The notes under the pieces: generated by a model
Told to the model about the DNA's origin: nothing
Seen by the model: the letters and a program-made list of their open reading frames with translations, nothing else
Databases searched by the model: none
In this document: positions 61,505 to 64,000 of the stretch, in pieces
Layout of the letters: every line of letters begins with the position of its first letter
How positions within the stretch are numbered: position 1 is the stretch's first letter
Program-made: the position numbers and the translations under genes
NCBI RefSeq assembly: GCF_036321535.1
Contig: NC_087469.1
Span: 15,314,001 to 15,378,000, forward strand
Reading direction: 5' to 3'
DNA: 64,000 nucleotides
DNA from: Camelus dromedarius
Taxonomy: Eukaryota

Positions 61505-63129
61505 CCCCCATCCGTGAGAGTTTGGAAGCACTGCTGCTTGCAAATGGGCCCATTAAAAGCAGATAAATCAATGGGAATTGCATAAAAATATCTCATTTAT
61601 CTTAAGATGTGTTGGACAGGGTTTTGAGTTTGACACACATTTATTCTAGAAATCTGTTTATCTGTGCAACATTTCTGAACAAAACACTTTGTGATGAACC
61701 CTTCCCACTTCTCGAATCTATATGAAGAGCAATTAAATTCAAACCTCGAAGACCAAACAGGACGCACACAGCAGACGCACTATCAGTTTGTCATTTCACC
61801 GCTGCCCTCCCTCCCTCTTGGATAACATCTTCTCCGTGGGCTCAAAAGCAGACACCTCCTGCTCTTATGAAACGTGCTTCTCATGTCCTCATCAAAGGCA
61901 AATACCCCAACCATTCCCTGAAGATCACAGATGATGTGACGCTGGTGAGATGTCTGAAGGCGGTTGGAAGTGACGGCCCTGGAGTGAATGACCTGCCTCA
62001 GTCCTGCCCGCACGTGATTCCAACTTGAGAGACACACATATGCCAGCAAGGCCGGAACTCACTCACAGCGGCAGAGGCATGGGCAGGAGCCCTTGAGCAA
62101 GGTGAGATATGGGGAAAATGAAGAGTCTACTCCACTGTGCCTGTGATCTCGGGGAAGTTCCCTCATCACCAGCCCCACGCCTCATGCAGTTTTGCATTCT
62201 CAGCCCCTACCAGGTGGCGGGCAAATGTGGGGACTGAGAGAGAGCAGACCCTCAACCGGGCAAAGAGCCTGGCACAGCAGTTTCTTAAAAAATATCCAAT
62301 GAACACGACTATTGAATGACTAGATCCACACACGTGAAACAATGGGTCCCAGACCAGGCGGCAGACTATCCCAGGCACGTTCATAGGTTTGGAGTGGAAG
62401 TGACATGGTCCCTTAGGTCGCAATGGGCATTACTGATTACAGTCAGTATGTTCAGATTAGCGTCCACCGTCTACAGGCCCAAGGTGGGGCCCCTGTGTGC
62501 AGTGCCCTTCTCCCAAATAGACAGACAGCCTTCAGCTACTCAATGAAATCGTCCGGTTAGATAAACTCTGCGAGGAGTCTGCCTGGCCCTCCTTTTATTC
62601 CATGTTGGGTCCGCCCTCCTAGAAAGCCAGAAGTATGCAAGAACAGAAGTATGAACACAAGACCAGAAATTCTCTAGGAAGCACACTGAGAGTTTCAGCT
62701 CAGCATTTCTGCACAAGTGCCGGGGACACACCCAGCAACTCTGCCCCTGGGAGCACACCAACAGCTTGTGTTCTAAGCTCCTCCAAATAAGGATTTATTA
62801 AAACAGAATCAAGTGACAGTCTTGGAACTAAGGCAGCACAGATGAAGACCCTGAGGTTCTGCGGAGATGTTGACTTTTTATCAAGGTCAACACTGAGATT
62901 TATTGACCCAAGAGGTAAATATTGATGGAGGCTCAGGAGGTCAATATTTGCCCCAAGGAAAAAGAAATCTTACCCGTGACCCCCAAACTGAAATCTGTCT
63001 TCAGTAGACTCAGTTCCAAAATGAATTAGCTGTGACACAGATTAAGATATCATTTCATTAGACTGTCTAGGGCATTGGAAAGCAATATTAATACCGAGCA
63101 CTTCCAGTTCAAAGCACTTTCCAAACATT

Positions 63130-63260
63130 AATTAAAGTGTACCACCCTCTGCCAGATGCGTAAGACTGTTGCCTTCCCAACTCAACAGATGGGTCATGAG
63201 AGCCAAGAAAAGGTTAACTAACAAAGCCGGCACGAGAATGAGAAGATGGATTAGACGTAA
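63130..63260 (-). mobile_element. MIR fragment
   Basis: TTCCCAACTCAACAGATGGGTCATGAGAGCCAAGAAAAGGTTAACTAAC. Confidence 0.45.
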
Positions 63261-63299
63261 GCATGGGTTGGGAGCTCTGAGGGGACTAGCAAAGATCTA

Positions 63300-63470
63300 T
63301 AGGACGATGCCTTAATTAAAGTTCCTGGTAAAAACTAAGTCCATTTGATTTAATTACTTTAATTTAGTTAATTTATTTCCCACTGTTGACAAATCTCCTT
63401 GGGTCGGTCAATTGTATTGCTTATTTACAGGGAGGCGTTTTGGCTGTTTACACATCATAAGCTCTATCTA
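63300..63470. promoter_or_regulatory. Candidate conserved non-coding element
   Basis: Dense TAATTA/TTAATT cluster plus TGTTGAC, TATTTAC and TGTTTAC (forkhead-like) in repeat-free sequence. Confidence 0.35.
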
Positions 63471-64000
63471 TTGAACACTGGTACTTGACTTAGCGAGTGA
63501 AGTACGCTGGTAGTTACTGGGAGGGAAGGGTCACGGTCTGTTCTTCTAGTTGCATGATAGTTACCACCTGATTCCAATTCTCAGGACTGCCTTGGCTTTC
63601 ACAGTGGGGTCCTGGGATGCAGCTACTGAGAAACATGATTAACTACTCACCTACAAGTAACTGGTATTTGAATACATGTATCTAATTATTCTTCCTTTCG
63701 TAATGTCTCAAAACTGAACTGTAAATATTATTAAGCTTTGATTGTCTTTGCCACGGAGAGAAAAGAGACATAGATAATCCAAAATATCATCCAACTCAAC
63801 AATCTTATTTCCTTCTGACTTCAGACTATATTATTTCCCTGGGTATCACGTTGGCCTCATTATGTTTTTCTTTGGCTATTGAGCACTGGGAAATAATGAA
63901 CAACTCCAGAGCATCAGCCAGTGACAGCCAGAAAAGTCACAGAATGTGACGTGTTCTGGGTGTCAAGACAGTAACTTTGAGGACATGCTCTGTCTAACCC

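Noticed and set aside
1-64000. REST/RE1 sites, tRNA, rRNA, U-snRNA or processed pseudogenes
   Set aside because: All CAGCACC/GGTGCTG occurrences I checked lack the GGACAG half-site, and I recognised no structural-RNA or housekeeping-gene sequence outside the Ns.
1-64000. Naming the host gene or species
   Set aside because: No diagnostic sequence recognised; any name would be a guess.

Overview
Eutherian mammal genomic DNA, about half G+C, and apparently all non-coding. It is either a large intron or a gene desert. I find no supportable protein-coding gene, rRNA, tRNA or CRISPR array. The supplied ORFs are mostly short, rich in Pro/Ser/Gly/Arg/Cys, overlapping in several frames, and without a recognisable domain. 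The only protein-like text is relic L1 ORF2, L2 ORF2 and Tigger transposase sequence. The explained part is ancient pan-eutherian repeats (many L2 and MIR, L1M fragments, MER5, MLT1, MLT2, Tigger7/MER44), one younger-looking ERV solo LTR carrying a CCAAT/octamer array, and microsatellites. I recognised no Alu, B1/B2, CAN, Bov/CHR or ERE SINE; a megabat-like lineage is a guess. Between the repeats are many repeat-free blocks rich in TAAT, FOX and PBX-HOX motifs, which resemble conserved enhancers of a developmental-gene neighbourhood (inference; I cannot name the locus). Four N-runs (151, 142, 140 and 180 nt) all sit inside such blocks and hide whatever is there. Repeat names come from remembered consensus sequences, not a RepeatMasker run, and boundaries are approximate. 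I did not find a convincing novel biological system. The best leads are the four N-hidden segments, the LTR promoter array, an RFX/CRE module and a few candidate non-coding exons.
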